A stretch of 64,000 bases of DNA, taken from the NCBI GenBank assembly GCA_003427395.1, contig BFEA01000025.1:2828316-2892315 (forward strand). Direction: 5' to 3'. How positions within the stretch are numbered: the first letter of the stretch is position 1; each line of letters starts with the position of its first letter. The notes below the pieces were generated by a model. That model was not told where the DNA came from and did not search any database. It worked only from the letters and a program-made list of their open reading frames with translations. Origin of the DNA: Chara braunii (lineage: Eukaryota; Plantae; Charophyceae). The translations under genes were made by a program, and so were the position numbers. Positions 11,491 through 23,982 of this stretch are shown piece by piece.

Positions 11491-14401
11491 CCTTCTTTTG
11501 ATTTGGATCACAGTTGCACCATGCAGTAACCCCCTAAATGCACGGCTGCCCCTGGCCCAGCGGCATTTTCCAGTAGCGGACATCCGACGAACCTAGGAAA
11601 CAAAATAGCCGGTGGGTGCATCGAGCGGAGCGAAGCTGCTTGGGTGAGGTGAGGTAGCGTTGTGAACGAGGTCTGGCGGCGAGCGCCGCCGCAGTTAGGT
11701 CACCATGCATGCTGGTCTCATCCGCCGCTGCCGTCCCTAGCTATGTAGTTAGGCATTGTGTATGCTGGCGTGCTAAGCGAAACGAGCGTTGGTGTGTGGC
11801 TGTGGCGTGCTTGCGGGATGTCACTCATTATACCTTTATGGAGCCTGATCAGTGTGCTTATGCACGATTGATCATAGTTACGGAGCGTTGTTTGTCATTC
11901 CATTTTAGGCGTTGGCCTGGTGTGAAACTGGCGTTTCAGAAGCGGCAATCACCGAGGTGAGCGTTGTATGAGGCGCCAACCCTTCAAGGTTATATTTCCA
12001 CGTCGAGGAATTGTTGTCGCCAAATGAATTAGGACGGGGATGTGCAAATCTATGGTGGCTCGCGGAAGTAATTATATGGGAGCGAATCTGACAGGAAGCA
12101 AACCAGTTACTATTATCGTGAGCGTTGTATTTTGCGGTATTGTTGGCTGAACCAAGCAAGAACTATTGGACAAAATGTGAAATTGGCTCGTATGTCCTAA
12201 GCGGTGTTTATATTTTCTCCATAAATTTTGTTTTTCCGTCTTGGTGATGGAAGCAACAACACTTATTGGTTTTCTAAGGCTGCGTATGTGAGGTCTTGTT
12301 TTTTTTAGTTTGAAGCTCTGATTAGTCATGGATTATTCTTGTTTTTTTTATGTTGTCGTGCTTCTTGTAAGTAATAGGGTTAGAGTTATATATGATATTT
12401 GGTCGTACTGTGGTTTTCATTGTTATGGATTGCTTTTCAGTTATGTGGGTGTTGTTTTCTTATTCTTTAGAGTTTGTGCGGTGTTTCTTTCAGCCAATAA
12501 ATTGTAATGGTTTGCAATAAGCAGGAGAGGGGCGAGAAAGCGAGAGTGAGTGGGAAAGAGACAGAGACAAAAAGAAATAAAGAGAGCCAGAGAGAGTCAG
12601 AGAGATAGCCGTCTTCGTTCGTGTTGCCTTGAATAAACTTTGTTCTTAAACCGCCCGTACTTGGCCCAGTTATCGGCAACATAAAAAAAAAATAGCGTAA
12701 AAATATTTATAATCGGATGAATTTGGGCGCTCTTATAGTGGCCCGTACGTTTCCTAAAATTGTGGTTTGTTAACGGGTGCGACTTTAGGAAGTACTAGTG
12801 GTTTAAGGGTATAAACAGATTGATTGGTGATCAACCTTTAGTTTATGACGACTATGAATACTTTGATGCTGCGTTGGGTTACTTTACTTTTCACTAACAA
12901 TTTTCACTTTCAACAATTCAAACTTTACTTGTGGACCACATTACCTTTGATAAGTTTCTTTTTCAAGGGTAAAGAGGCGTATAAACTCATGATCAACCTT
13001 TATTTGTGGCAAGAAGGTTTCATTGTACCATGGCTGAGGGAAGATTTCATGTGTTGTGCTATTTGTTAGTTGTGAGGATGTGGGTCACAAATAACGGGTA
13101 TGAATCATTTGACGTTGCATTGGGTCATTGTGCTTTTCGATAGCAAGTTTCACTTTTAGCGAATCAACCTTTGGTTTATGTTATGGTCAGTTGCGGATTA
13201 ATTTTGAATTTTTTAATTTTGTTATAGTGTTTTATGTGGGAAGTAAGAGAGAGGTGAAAGAGGGAAAAAAAATTGTTTTGGTGTGCGTTGCCTTTTATAA
13301 TAGAGTGAAAGATAGACTGAAGATCAACCTTTACCTATGGCAAAACAAAATTATCATATCGTGGTTGAGGGAAAATTTTGGGTGTTGTACTCCTTGCCAA
13401 TTGTGAAGATGAGGGCTACGAATAGCGGATACGAATCCTTTGACATTACATTGGGTTATTTTTCTTCTCATTGCAATCTTCATTTTTAAAGAATGATGAC
13501 CATGTATATTTTATACCAGAATTTTTCAACAAATTATTTTTTTACGTATTACAATACCTTACATTAATAGGTTTGGTAGATGGAGGAGGCACGTTTCTTC
13601 GATGAGAGGGACTGTGCAGATGCACTTACAACTTGTTTGCGTCAATAAGTAAGTTGGCATATACAGTGAGTAGGTTTGTTGGATAGTGTGATCATTTATT
13701 CCCTATAGTTTAAAAGACAGTAGGTGCGTTAGTCGGTAACCTACTTGCAATCTTTGTGTTACTTATAGGAGGGGGCAAACTCGTGAAGAGTAATATTTTT
13801 TGTGAGGAAACTGACTAGCTGGGATAGAATCCAATACTCCTAGAGGTGTAGAACAACCCAACTATCATGGTTTATTTGTAATTGGATGTATTGTCTTCGA
13901 CACTAAGTCAATTTATAATAAAATAATTTGACCTCTCCCCCCCCCTAAAAAAAAAAGAGGAATCGAGGGGAAAAAAAAAACAAACTAACAATAATAATCA
14001 CAGAAACTCAGGAAATGGGTATCATAATTTACCTTAACTTCTACTAATTGTAAGTTAACATCCGTCTCCCTATGAAGTTTTTGTCAATCATCCTTACTAT
14101 CGGGATTGTACTCAAAGTGTTATGACTTAATGTTTCCGATCGCAAACACATATCGGTTAAATAAAAACAAATAAGAAAAAAAAAACTACAACAATTGCAC
14201 AATTAATTTATCCCCCCCCCCCCCCCCGTTCTACTCACTTGTTACTATATGTACACGCTTGTGTGATATAATCTTGTCTATTGATAACTCCATATAAAAA
14301 CGTTGAGCCGTGCGATACAATTTTATTTGACTTCACCTACTCATTATAAGGTTCGACTCTAATAGTCCAGCCATAATGCATTCGATTGTTTAACAAAGCA
14401 C
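11491..14401. repeat. 2.9-kb tandem repeat unit, copy 1
   Basis: Sequence from TTTTGATTTGGATCACAGTTGCACC recurs at 14402 and, after the retrotransposon, at 42252-44814. Confidence 0.9.
12646..12806. mobile_element. TTAA-flanked MITE within the 2.9-kb unit
   Basis: TTAA-ACCGCCCGTACTT ... AAGTACTAGTGGT-TTAA; matches 2200-2365. Confidence 0.65.
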
Positions 14402-14725
14402 TTCTTTTGATTTGGATCACAGTTGCACCATCCAGTAACCCCCTAAATGCACCGCTGCCCGTGGCCCAGCGGCATTTTCTAATAGCGGACATCCGACGAA
14501 CCTAGGAAACAAAATAGTCAGTGGGTGCGTCGAGCGGGGCGAAGCTGCTTGGGTGAGGTGAGGTACCGTTGTGAGCGAGGTCTGGCGGCGAGCGCCGCCG
14601 CAGTTAGGTCACCATGCATGTTGGTCCCATCCGACGCTGCCGTCCCTAGCTATGTAGTTACGCATTGTGTATGCTGGCGTGCTAAGTGAAACGAGCATTG
14701 GTGTGTGACTGTGGCGTGCTTGCGG
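14402..14725. repeat. 2.9-kb tandem unit copy 2, 5' part (interrupted by the Gypsy element)
   Basis: Matches 11491-11815 up to TTGCGG. Confidence 0.9.
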
Positions 14726-15858
14726 TGTCGAGCGCATCGTCCCTCCCGTGAACGAGGGCCCTCCCGGCAATGTCACGCAGGAGTTAGAAAAACATAATCG
14801 AGAGACAACTTAGGACGATGCAGAAATAATCCCGCGAACCGCCGAGACGGACGTGGTCGCATTGTCCCTTCGCCGCTCTAGCTGGGTGCGCCAGCTATAT
14901 ATCCCGCGGTCCTCTACGGCAGGATAGGTTTTCGCGGGGCACAACTTATCTTCCCTGAGGGGCTATCACCACCCTCAGGGGCGTATCCCTACCGAGCTAC
15001 TGACCCATGTGCGAAAGCTTTTACATGCAATTGCAGAGGTAGGTCAGCCAAGGGCGTTTGCTCGCTCGCTGGAGTATAGGTACGCTTCGCTAACACCAAG
15101 TGGACCCGAACGTTGTTCGTTCCCGAGGGCGCTGATCTCCTCGGTACGAACGAGCGTCGATTGACTAGGACGGCCTCGACCAAACGCGAAATCCAACAAA
15201 TAATCGTAGCCTCTTTATAATCCCCTACTCATAAAATGAACGAAACCAATACATAACCAACATTTCGACTTGATGAGATGATATGCCAAGGTTATTATTT
15301 CCTGCCTACCTGACTGAAGGGACAATTATACCGTCATCCGAGGACGGAAGATCCATCGCGCACAGCCTCTACATGTAAATACATGCAGATCAACAAGTGA
15401 TCTGCTTCCTGGTCGATGTTTAAACTCCCGGTCTGACCGCACCGTCGTACCGCACGCATCTACTTGGAGGAGCGAATGACAATTTTGTTTGTCGCTTTGT
15501 CCTCCTAGGCAATAATTACTCTCTCTGTTCCACGAATGACGAAGTAGCCATTGCCAACACCAGGTTACTTGGCGTGGGACTGTTTCGACTTCTGTTACCC
15601 CGTCCTCGTTGTTCCGCTCGACACCTCTTCAAGTGTTCGGCCTTCGCTTTGTCCAGCGTATTTTTAAGTGGTTGATTACCCCTCAATGCATCAGCATGAT
15701 AGTGCTATCATCGGGGCAATCCAGATACTATCCATCTGGTTGGCCTACCTACACAAGGTTGTTAATTTTCTTTTGTTATTATTACCCCTGTAGAGTCACA
15801 TAGGCGTGACCCTACTATAAGGACAACTCACCATGACACCAGATTTGAGAGGGTGCGC

Positions 15859-16932
15859 TTAGCTGGGATAAACCTGTCGGCCCTCATGGGCCTCAACCTC
15901 TATCCTGCCGAGTCGTGTTAGCTCCTCGTCGTTAAACGTCAAGGTGAAGACACGTCCACCTCGCACAACTCGGACCTTCCGCGTATCATAGAGAGAAGCC
16001 ATCCGTGAGGCGAGCTTCCATACTATGGCGCGGAACGGCTGACGCATCCGAAAAAGGTGCGTGGTCGTGGTGTCCTTAATCCGGATGACACCGTAGCGCT
16101 TCCCGGATAGGGTAATTTTAACGCTCACAATGACCCGAGAGAGGCATTGGAGGTTGCTCGCGCGATGGAAGTACAAGGTATATCCATGAACTTCTCCCGG
16201 AAGTCGGGCCACATTGGCACGAACATCTGCGNGCNAGTTNGGAAAAAATCCCTGCCCATCACTGAGCAAGCCGATAAAGCCAATCCAACGTGTGNGTGCT
16301 CCATTTCGAACCANTAGTAATCGCTCCGCNCGCCGGATCACCTCCTCGTCCATAGTGTCGCGAATNAGTAGATACNTGNCNTGAGTAAGATCTCGCCGTC
16401 CGCCGGACATCTGCACACCGAAAGAGCCGCCTGTTAGAAGAGGCACTCNTANATTNCACAANCCTCGTCATAAAATGCGTTGACATCAAAACGTTCCGAG
16501 CGAACGGTATTAAATCTATTCGCCCAAACCCGTTTCATATGATGAGGAAGGCTGAATGGTCCTTGCAGATTGTTCAAATGGAGTACAATATGGAGGGACA
16601 TCCCCCTAACCTCAGGAATGGTCTCTACTCCCGGACAGTTCTCGTGAACCACCACTAGGTTCATATCTCCGTAATCCCGTGATGGAGTAGGAGGCGCAAA
16701 GTCATATAATACGCTGACCTNGTTCAACCAAGAAAATATAACTCCNCGATGGTTTCCTCACGCNCCCGTCCCAGAATCGTGGCGCATCCCGNTCCGAATA
16801 AACTTCAAGTAGGTTGCACACCANCCTTCCTTTNCGTATCATGCCGGNGNGGGATCGTGTTGGCACCGNTAACCGATTAGCCGCCGNTTCGCGTGTGCTG
16901 AACAATCGGAGGATCACTGTCTCCGCAAGCAT
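15859..16932 (-). pseudogene. Frameshifted accessory ORF of unknown function inside the LTR
   Basis: Three overlapping protein-like ORFs (16702-16932, 16434-16727, 15859-16461); motifs shared with ORFs at 58070-58541. Confidence 0.55.
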
Positions 16933-18460
16933 CTGAATGACGAAGNGATAACCTTGTCAAAATAATTTTAGGTATACGAATTTCCATGTTCAATTTCCAC
17001 TTCCCTTTTCGGGCCGTGATTCTTATGTCACGGTCCGACCGCGAAAGTAGTGCCTACTTGCACTTCTTTTAACACTAGTTGAAGCACGGGCTGGGCTTCT
17101 TGTGGCGCCAGCCCTCCCACGCGTTGGTGACACCTAATATGGCCACCCAACAGGGTATTAGATTCAGCCTCCCCTTTCCCTGAAAGCACGAGGAGGCGAC
17201 TGCTCCTAGCTTCAAGACCCCCTACCCTCTAGGAAGTGGTCTGGAATACCCCTCCCCCTCGCCCGAACACATTGTTCAGGACTCAGAAGTTGGGTTGGCT
17301 CCACCGCAACAGCATGGTATCCCCCCACATAAGCGGTCCGCTCCGAGTCGATAACAGGGCCGGCCCCTAAGGCAACGAACCCCCGCCTCGGATGCCTCAT
17401 AGAGAGAAGAAGCCTAGACCGTAGGTGCAGACGACCNCTCTATGCCTTCCCGGCTAAGGGGCGACTTAGACGAATTGAGAAGAGAAAAAGGTAAGATATT
17501 TTGGATGCGCATAGAAGGATAGTGGTCGTTCGGGATAGAATGGGGAAATCCTTGGGAAGATACTAAGGTGTTTCCTTGTCTTCTTTCCTTTTAATTTTCC
17601 CACGGCCTTCATTCTTCCGGCACCCGTCCGTTCGCACTCCCGTTATTATTTTTGTTCCTCCTCTTTTCTGTCACATGCATTCAGGTTGAGTGAGAGAGAG
17701 GTAAGCATCCCTATTATTATCTCGAACAAACAATGCTGATTCCTTCTCACATGCATCCCCCAACCTACCTGCACAATCAAGAAAAGAAACAATCAAGAGA
17801 TTCATTCATCCCTCAAACAAGTAAGCCATTTCTCCACACGCATGACATCACACTCTCACTCTACCCTTTCCCCTGAATTCAAAGCAAGGTCATGCAAGGT
17901 GTGGGTTCACGCGGGTGTGCAAAGGAGCTGAGTCACACTGACTTTGAGTGAATTTGTTGAAGGCTCACTCAAGAAAGCCAAGTATTTGCTGAAAAACGTT
18001 CGGCCGCAAAACTCTCGTTGTGGCCACTCACAAGGATGGGTCACACCCTCCTTCAATCGCCACCTCTGACTCAGGCGCCGCCACCAACACAGAAGCGAGC
18101 CCGCCGTTGAGGAGGGCGTCACACTCTCAAACCCCACAGCCTCAATGTCACACCTCTCACCAAAGACAGCACCGATTCAACCCACCAAATACCAAGCCAG
18201 GCCACCACCTGCCTGCCGCAATACTTGGTGGTCTCGGACCCAATCCCCGCTTACTCAGTGTGCCGCAAAAAAAAACAACAGCGGCCTTAACAGTCCTTAC
18301 AGGTACCGCGTGCCGCAACATCCTCAACAAGACGATCGCCACACCCTTTCTATTACAAAGTGCACTTCCACCTTGGCGGTATCGTTCCTGCGGCAACGTT
18401 CAACCCCCCTTCTCGCAGTCCTGTGCAAAATATTGTTGCCACACAATCCAGTAGCACCCG

Positions 18461-18635
18461 CGCCGTACCGCCAAGAAAATCGGTGTTGCCGCTGCAAAAA
18501 TTCGGCAGCGCTTCCGCTGTACCGCCAAGAAAACCAGCGCTGCCGCCGCACAATTTCGGCAGCGCTTCCGCCGTATCGCCAAGAAACCAGCACTACCGCC
18601 GCACCGTTTCGGCAGCGCTTCCGCCGTACCGCCCA
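18461..18635. repeat. ~50-bp tandem repeat in the LTR (CGGCAGCGCTTCCGCCGTACCGCCAAGAAA)
   Basis: 3-4 units; also present at ~32100-32274. Confidence 0.85.
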
Positions 18636-21222
18636 ATCCAGCAGCAGCCTCAAGGCTAAGGCTTCCCCACAGCCCGCAACACGACATGGAAGGTGGGGCA
18701 AGAAGCTCCTAGCCTTTAGCTATGGTTGCCTCCTCCTTCCTCCAAGTGCTACTGCAGACCTCCAACACTTCGCCTCATCACACCAGCAGCCAGCCAGCCA
18801 ACATCTACTCAAGTAGAATGCCCCAGCAGCATTGCCACAAGTGTGAGGATGCTGGGTGGCAGGCTAGCTTTTATAGTTGGCTGAAGGCTGAGGGCAGCTA
18901 CTTTGCCCCCAGCCAAATCTCGGAACAAAGCCTGGCCCTGGATCAAAATCGCGATCAAGGGCCAGAAAACTTGATATTCCCCTAGGGGAACCAAGTCCTA
19001 AACATTGGCGGTGCATCTGGCCTTCGCCCGCGGCCAAACGCAGCCCCGAAACGGCTGTACCAAGCCTTTTTCCAGCAGACTGTTGAAACCAACAGTCTGC
19101 TATCTATCCATGGTCCAGATGCTTCTAAACTTGCATCTGGACCGAGGCCGGGGCTAGATCCGAGACCGTTTCCCCCCCTTTTTTTTTCTAACTTCTTCCC
19201 CCTTTTTTTTTTTTTTTCATTTCCCCCNNNNNNNNNNNNNNNNNNNNNNNNNNNNNNNNNNNNNNNNNNNNNNNNNNNNNNNNNNNNNNNNNNNNNNNNN
19301 NNNNNNNNNNNNNNNNNNNNNNNNNNNNNNNNNNNNNNNNNNNNNNNNNNNNNNNNNNNNNNNNNNNNNNNNNNNNNNNNNNNNNNNNNNNNNNNNNNNN
19401 NNNNNNNNNNNNNNNNNNNNNNNNNNNNNNNNNNNNNNNNNNNNNNNNNNNNNNNNNNNNNNNNNNNNNNNNNNNNNNNNNNNNNNNNNNNNNNNNNNNN
19501 NNNNNNNNNNNNNNNNNNNNNNNNNNNNNNNNNNNNNNNNNNNNNNNNNNNNNNNNNNNNNNNNNNNNNNNNNNNNNNNNNNNNNNNNNNNNNNNNNNNN
19601 NNNNNNNNNNNNNNNNNNNNNNNNNNNNNNNNNNNNNNNNNNNNNNNNNNNNNNNNNNNNNNNNNNNNNNNNNNNNNNNNNNNNNNNNNNNNNNNNNNNN
19701 NNNNNNNNNNNNNNNNNNNNNNNNNNNNNNNNNNNNNNNNNNNNNNNNNNNNNNNNNNNNNNNNNNNNNNNNNNNNNNNNNNNNNNNNNNNNNNNNNNNN
19801 NNNNNNNNNNNNNNNNNNNNNNNNNNNNNNNNNNNNNNNNNNNNNNNNNNNNNNNNNNNNNNNNNNNNNNNNNNNNNNNNNNNNNNNNNNNNNNNNNNNN
19901 NNNNNNNNNNNNNNNNNNNNNNNNNNNNNNNNNNNNNNNNNNNNNNNNNNNNNNNNNNNNNNTTTTTTTTTTTTTTTTTTTTTTTTTTTTTTCGAAAGAA
20001 GAAAATTCGGCTATTTTTCGGCCTATGCATGTCATCCTCACGCAGGGGCCTTTTCACCCCGGCGCGGCTGATTTCAGCCACGCGATCTCGAAGATCATAC
20101 GGCCAGAAATCGGCCGCACCCCTAGTCAATTCGCAGGCTGCTCCAAAAGGAGCTAGCCCGGTAGTGCAGGTTGTTAGGTTCGATCCCCATGTCAGCAGGG
20201 TAATAATCTGGCGACGGTACCTACTGGGCTAGCTCCTTTTCACATCAGAAAAGGAGCGGCCCTTCTATATGAAGGGGTCCTCTTGCCCAGCAGGCACCTT
20301 GCTAACGCCTAGCAGGCTATGCCTGCTAAGCCGGCTTGCTGCCATGGCTGGCAGGCGGGGTCGGCGGCCGACAACTTTAACAGCTGCCGTACTTAGCCGG
20401 CCTCGACGCCTTCGCCCCCGGGTCCTTGCCGCAAAAGCCGTATGGACCCCCTAAGCCATCCCTCCACGCCGCGGTCCATCTTGTCGCGGCGACCCCTTCT
20501 TGGCCCGCTTAGACCCTGAATCGCGCGGCTGTTAAGCCGCGCAACCTTATTATAGGTAGAGTAGGCTCAACTTTAGTTTCCCCACGATCGCACACCAGTG
20601 CGGCCTCGTCGAAACCCGCGGACGACAGTGCCGACCCCCGTTATCCCGCACGGATGTCGGTGTCGTCCTTCGTCCACGACGTCAGGTTCAAAACGTTCAA
20701 GTCTTTCAGTCATAGCGCTGGTCTGGATAACCTCTGGCAACGTCAATTTCATCAAGTCTTCTAATTAAGTGAGAAGGTCAGACAGCGTCCGATGTTGAAA
20801 AATACGGGCAGATACCCTTGTCACGGTTTCTGCCCCGACAGCATTCCCGGGCCCCATTGAACGACTTCCACGTCGTTCACGTGGTTGGTGCTCTCAATAT
20901 GAAATCTTGCAGATACTTCTCTTAGTATCCTTCAATCTTAATAAAATCACAGATACTATAACAACGGATATTCGAAAAAACAGACTCCTTACTATTAAAC
21001 GAGTTATACCCTCGAAGCCAAAATTCACAATCATTCTGCATTCATCGGATCGGTACCTGATTCAGCCCCTGGAAGCCCAAAATTCGAAACTCAGGCCCAA
21101 ATTCAGCCCCTGGAAGCCCAAAATTTAAAGGACCTTATTCTAATGGTTCTGGCTAACAAAACTCATTCGGTTGGAAATCATTATTTTAATCATCTGGGCA
21201 AACAACCATTACTGCCGNGAAT

Positions 21223-22027
21223 TTAACCCGGGTCTCTCATGTAAATGGGGATGCATCCACAACACTTCAACACACTCACGTGTTGCCAGGAGTTTAACCT
21301 GGACCTCCCACGTAACACAAGGATACTCGTACTATTCTACAGTCACGGTTGTCGNGGATAATAATAGCAAGGCTCCGGTGTTCCACCATCCCTTCTGGAA
21401 GACCCGTATTAACCTTCCGCTAATTCCCAGAATGAGCCAGGAATAACCCCTGATAGGTCTCCATAACCCAGCCTATGATAATCGTTCAGACATAATCTGA
21501 ACTAGCCATCCAATACAAGAACCCATTATTTAAGTCCTTTACCCGAGTTTCATAACCCATCCGATTGTGCAATTTTACAAATACCTATGATTTTTACGTC
21601 TTAGTATCCCCGAATTCCATGNGANTGCGTCGAGGAGTGGTGTAATCCTCCGCAAAGGATAACATCCCGACATCAAGCCCCGCTTTAGATCCGGGCCTCA
21701 CCACATTCCCCCCGATTCCAGTATTGCAACTCTGTTAATGCCAGGCCTACAGTGCGAGACAACCCCATCCATATAATCCAAGTTGGTCAGACGAGGATCA
21801 TAAGGACACGGCGACCCTGCATATCACAAGGATAGACGACCAACCCTACCCCTGTGATGAGCAACGGTCGCTCCCCACCGTNGGCGGAGTCTCAACAGGA
21901 TTACGACACCATCCTCCTTTTCGGTGATAGTGTAGCCATCGTCCTTTTTCAAGGAAAATGACATCATCTCGTTGTGGACCAGGAACCAAGTTCCGGCACG
22001 AGCCTCACTACCACCTACAAGNCTCAC
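21223..22027 (-). pseudogene. Degenerate extra ORF between integrase and the 3' LTR
   Basis: ORF 21824-22027 continues past TGA stops with protein-like sequence (SPCPYDPRLTNLDYMDG...SGILR); occupies the position of env-like ORFs in Athila. Confidence 0.45.
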
Positions 22028-22446
22028 ATCTTTCAGGAATATGAGGACACAATAAAAACTAGGTATTACATATAACTTATTATATTTATTAAACCATGTG
22101 CCTACAGAACGAACACTTATCGTTCAGGAAGCCACATGTTATACGCTAAGTCATAACTTTGCGCAAATGATTCACACCCATCCTTCATAAGCAAAACACA
22201 TTTAACATAAGAAATAAAAGAAATGCATGCTCAGAGAATCATTTTTACAGGGTTTGAAAAATCATTGTGCACATTAATTATATTATTCGAAAACGAAGAA
22301 TAATGACAAAAATGACGTCAACAAATAATTCATTACAAGTCCATACGTGTCTGTCCATTACATGGAAAATATATCTTATAAATACTTAATCATAAAATCA
22401 AGTTAGCTAGAGGTATCAATGTCTGTTAAGAAAAGTAAGGCATTAT

Positions 22447-23982
22447 TTAGTCCCTATGAACAAACTTCTTCAAGCGTGAGCCCGAAACCCAATCTCGCCC
22501 ACGTGCTCCATCCATCTCCTCAATCTCGTATGCTCCATGTTCCGTTTTCTTAATAATACGATATGGCCCCATCCATCGATTATCTAATTTCCTCGACCAC
22601 TGTTTTTCAAGAGAAGAGTCATAGAGGAGCAAAATATCCCCAACTTCCAACGACTCCTTTCTAACCCGGGGTTGCTTATCCCATCTAACTTTGTCCGCCC
22701 GTCTGCTGTCCGCAGTTGAAGCAGCAGCCTCTACAACTCTTTCCTCAGTCGCCTTTATTTGTCTGGCCCTTAGGTCTAACAACTCTTCTGTAGAAAGCAT
22801 GACCTTCATATCCTGTTTTTGCCATGTGGTCAGGAAACTCTCGATTGGAAATGTAGCATGTTGTCCAAACCATAACGTAACCGGAGCATACCCAGTATTT
22901 CGTTTCACAGTTATATTTTCAACAAATATGGCAGCTCTGAGATAGACGGGCCATGTTGACGACTTGCCAGCACACCATTTGGCTAGCAAATTAGTCAAGG
23001 TGGCGTGCCCACGTTCGACCGGAGCATTAGCTTGAGGATGTGCTCTAGTGGTGTAACTATAGTTCACTCCCAGTCTTTTTAGGAGAGCCTGAACCTCTTC
23101 TGCCCGAAAATCGCCGCCTCGATCTATCATAAATTCCCGAACAAATGAATACCGAAGGTAGAACTCTTCGATACACTCTGCCAAAATCTTCCCGGTTCGC
23201 TCACGGATTGCACGCCCATCGACGAACCCGGTAAGATTGTCTCTTGCATCAAAAATATACTCTTACCCATTGAGCCCGGGTGGCATAACAACCAGGTCGA
23301 GGTGCAGAACCGCCCTTGACTCAACCACGTATCGTGAATTAAGTGGTTCAGCGCAACGGAGATTTGAACGTTTCTGACAAGGGACGCACAAGTTACAGAA
23401 TTCCACCACCATTTTACCCATACCATCCCAAAAATAGAGATGTTGGATCTTTCTTAATGTTGCTCGTGCGGACCGATGCCCACCTGTCACTCCATCATGT
23501 AGAGTCGCAACCACATCCAACTGTCTGGGAACCCCACACACCACTCTCTTAGGCATTCCATCGTTAGACTTCTTGAAAAGATGCCCCTGTCGAACGACAA
23601 AATCCTTTGCCTTCTCTCTTATTTCTGGCTCTATCTCTGCCTCGTTCAGATCCCCATTCAACCAAAGCCCAATCTTCTTATAGATCCCATCATATTCCTC
23701 CTGACGAAAGGCTTCTTTGATCTCACTGCCTTCCCCTTCTTTCAACATTAGCTTACCGTGATCTTCTTGTATCAACGAATTAACCAGGAATACCATGCCC
23801 CCGGAGATCCTGAGGACTTCGTCGCCTTGCTCATGTCCAACTTCAATCGTAAGGGCTTCTTTCGAAAGTTGTACTGGGTCAGACAATGCCAACCTCATCA
23901 TTTGTTCCGCGGACCGTTCGCCCCAGGGATCCTCCTCAGTAAAGGGCTCTCTCATCACAAGTTTGAACGCTTCTGATAACAA
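22447..23982 (-). pseudogene. Gypsy integrase (tether, HHCC zinc finger, DDE core, GPY/F motif), frameshifted
   Basis: HDGVTGGH..CNLCVPC, HLDLVVMP, DRGGDF, HPQANAPVERGH, WMGPYRI; frame break near 23200-23260; no chromodomain. Confidence 0.92.

Larger units (their letters stand above)
14726..20840 (-). repeat. LTR (~6.1 kb including a 735-N gap), 3' LTR of internal copy 1
   Basis: Colinear with 28364-34611; TGTCG/CGACA inverted termini. Confidence 0.9.

Noticed and set aside
17907-18994. Overlapping ORFs in the middle of the LTR
   Set aside because: GC-rich tandem-repeat region open in many frames with no coherent protein signal
20150-20215. tRNA gene or SINE
   Set aside because: Only a T-loop/B-box motif; no cloverleaf or acceptor stem
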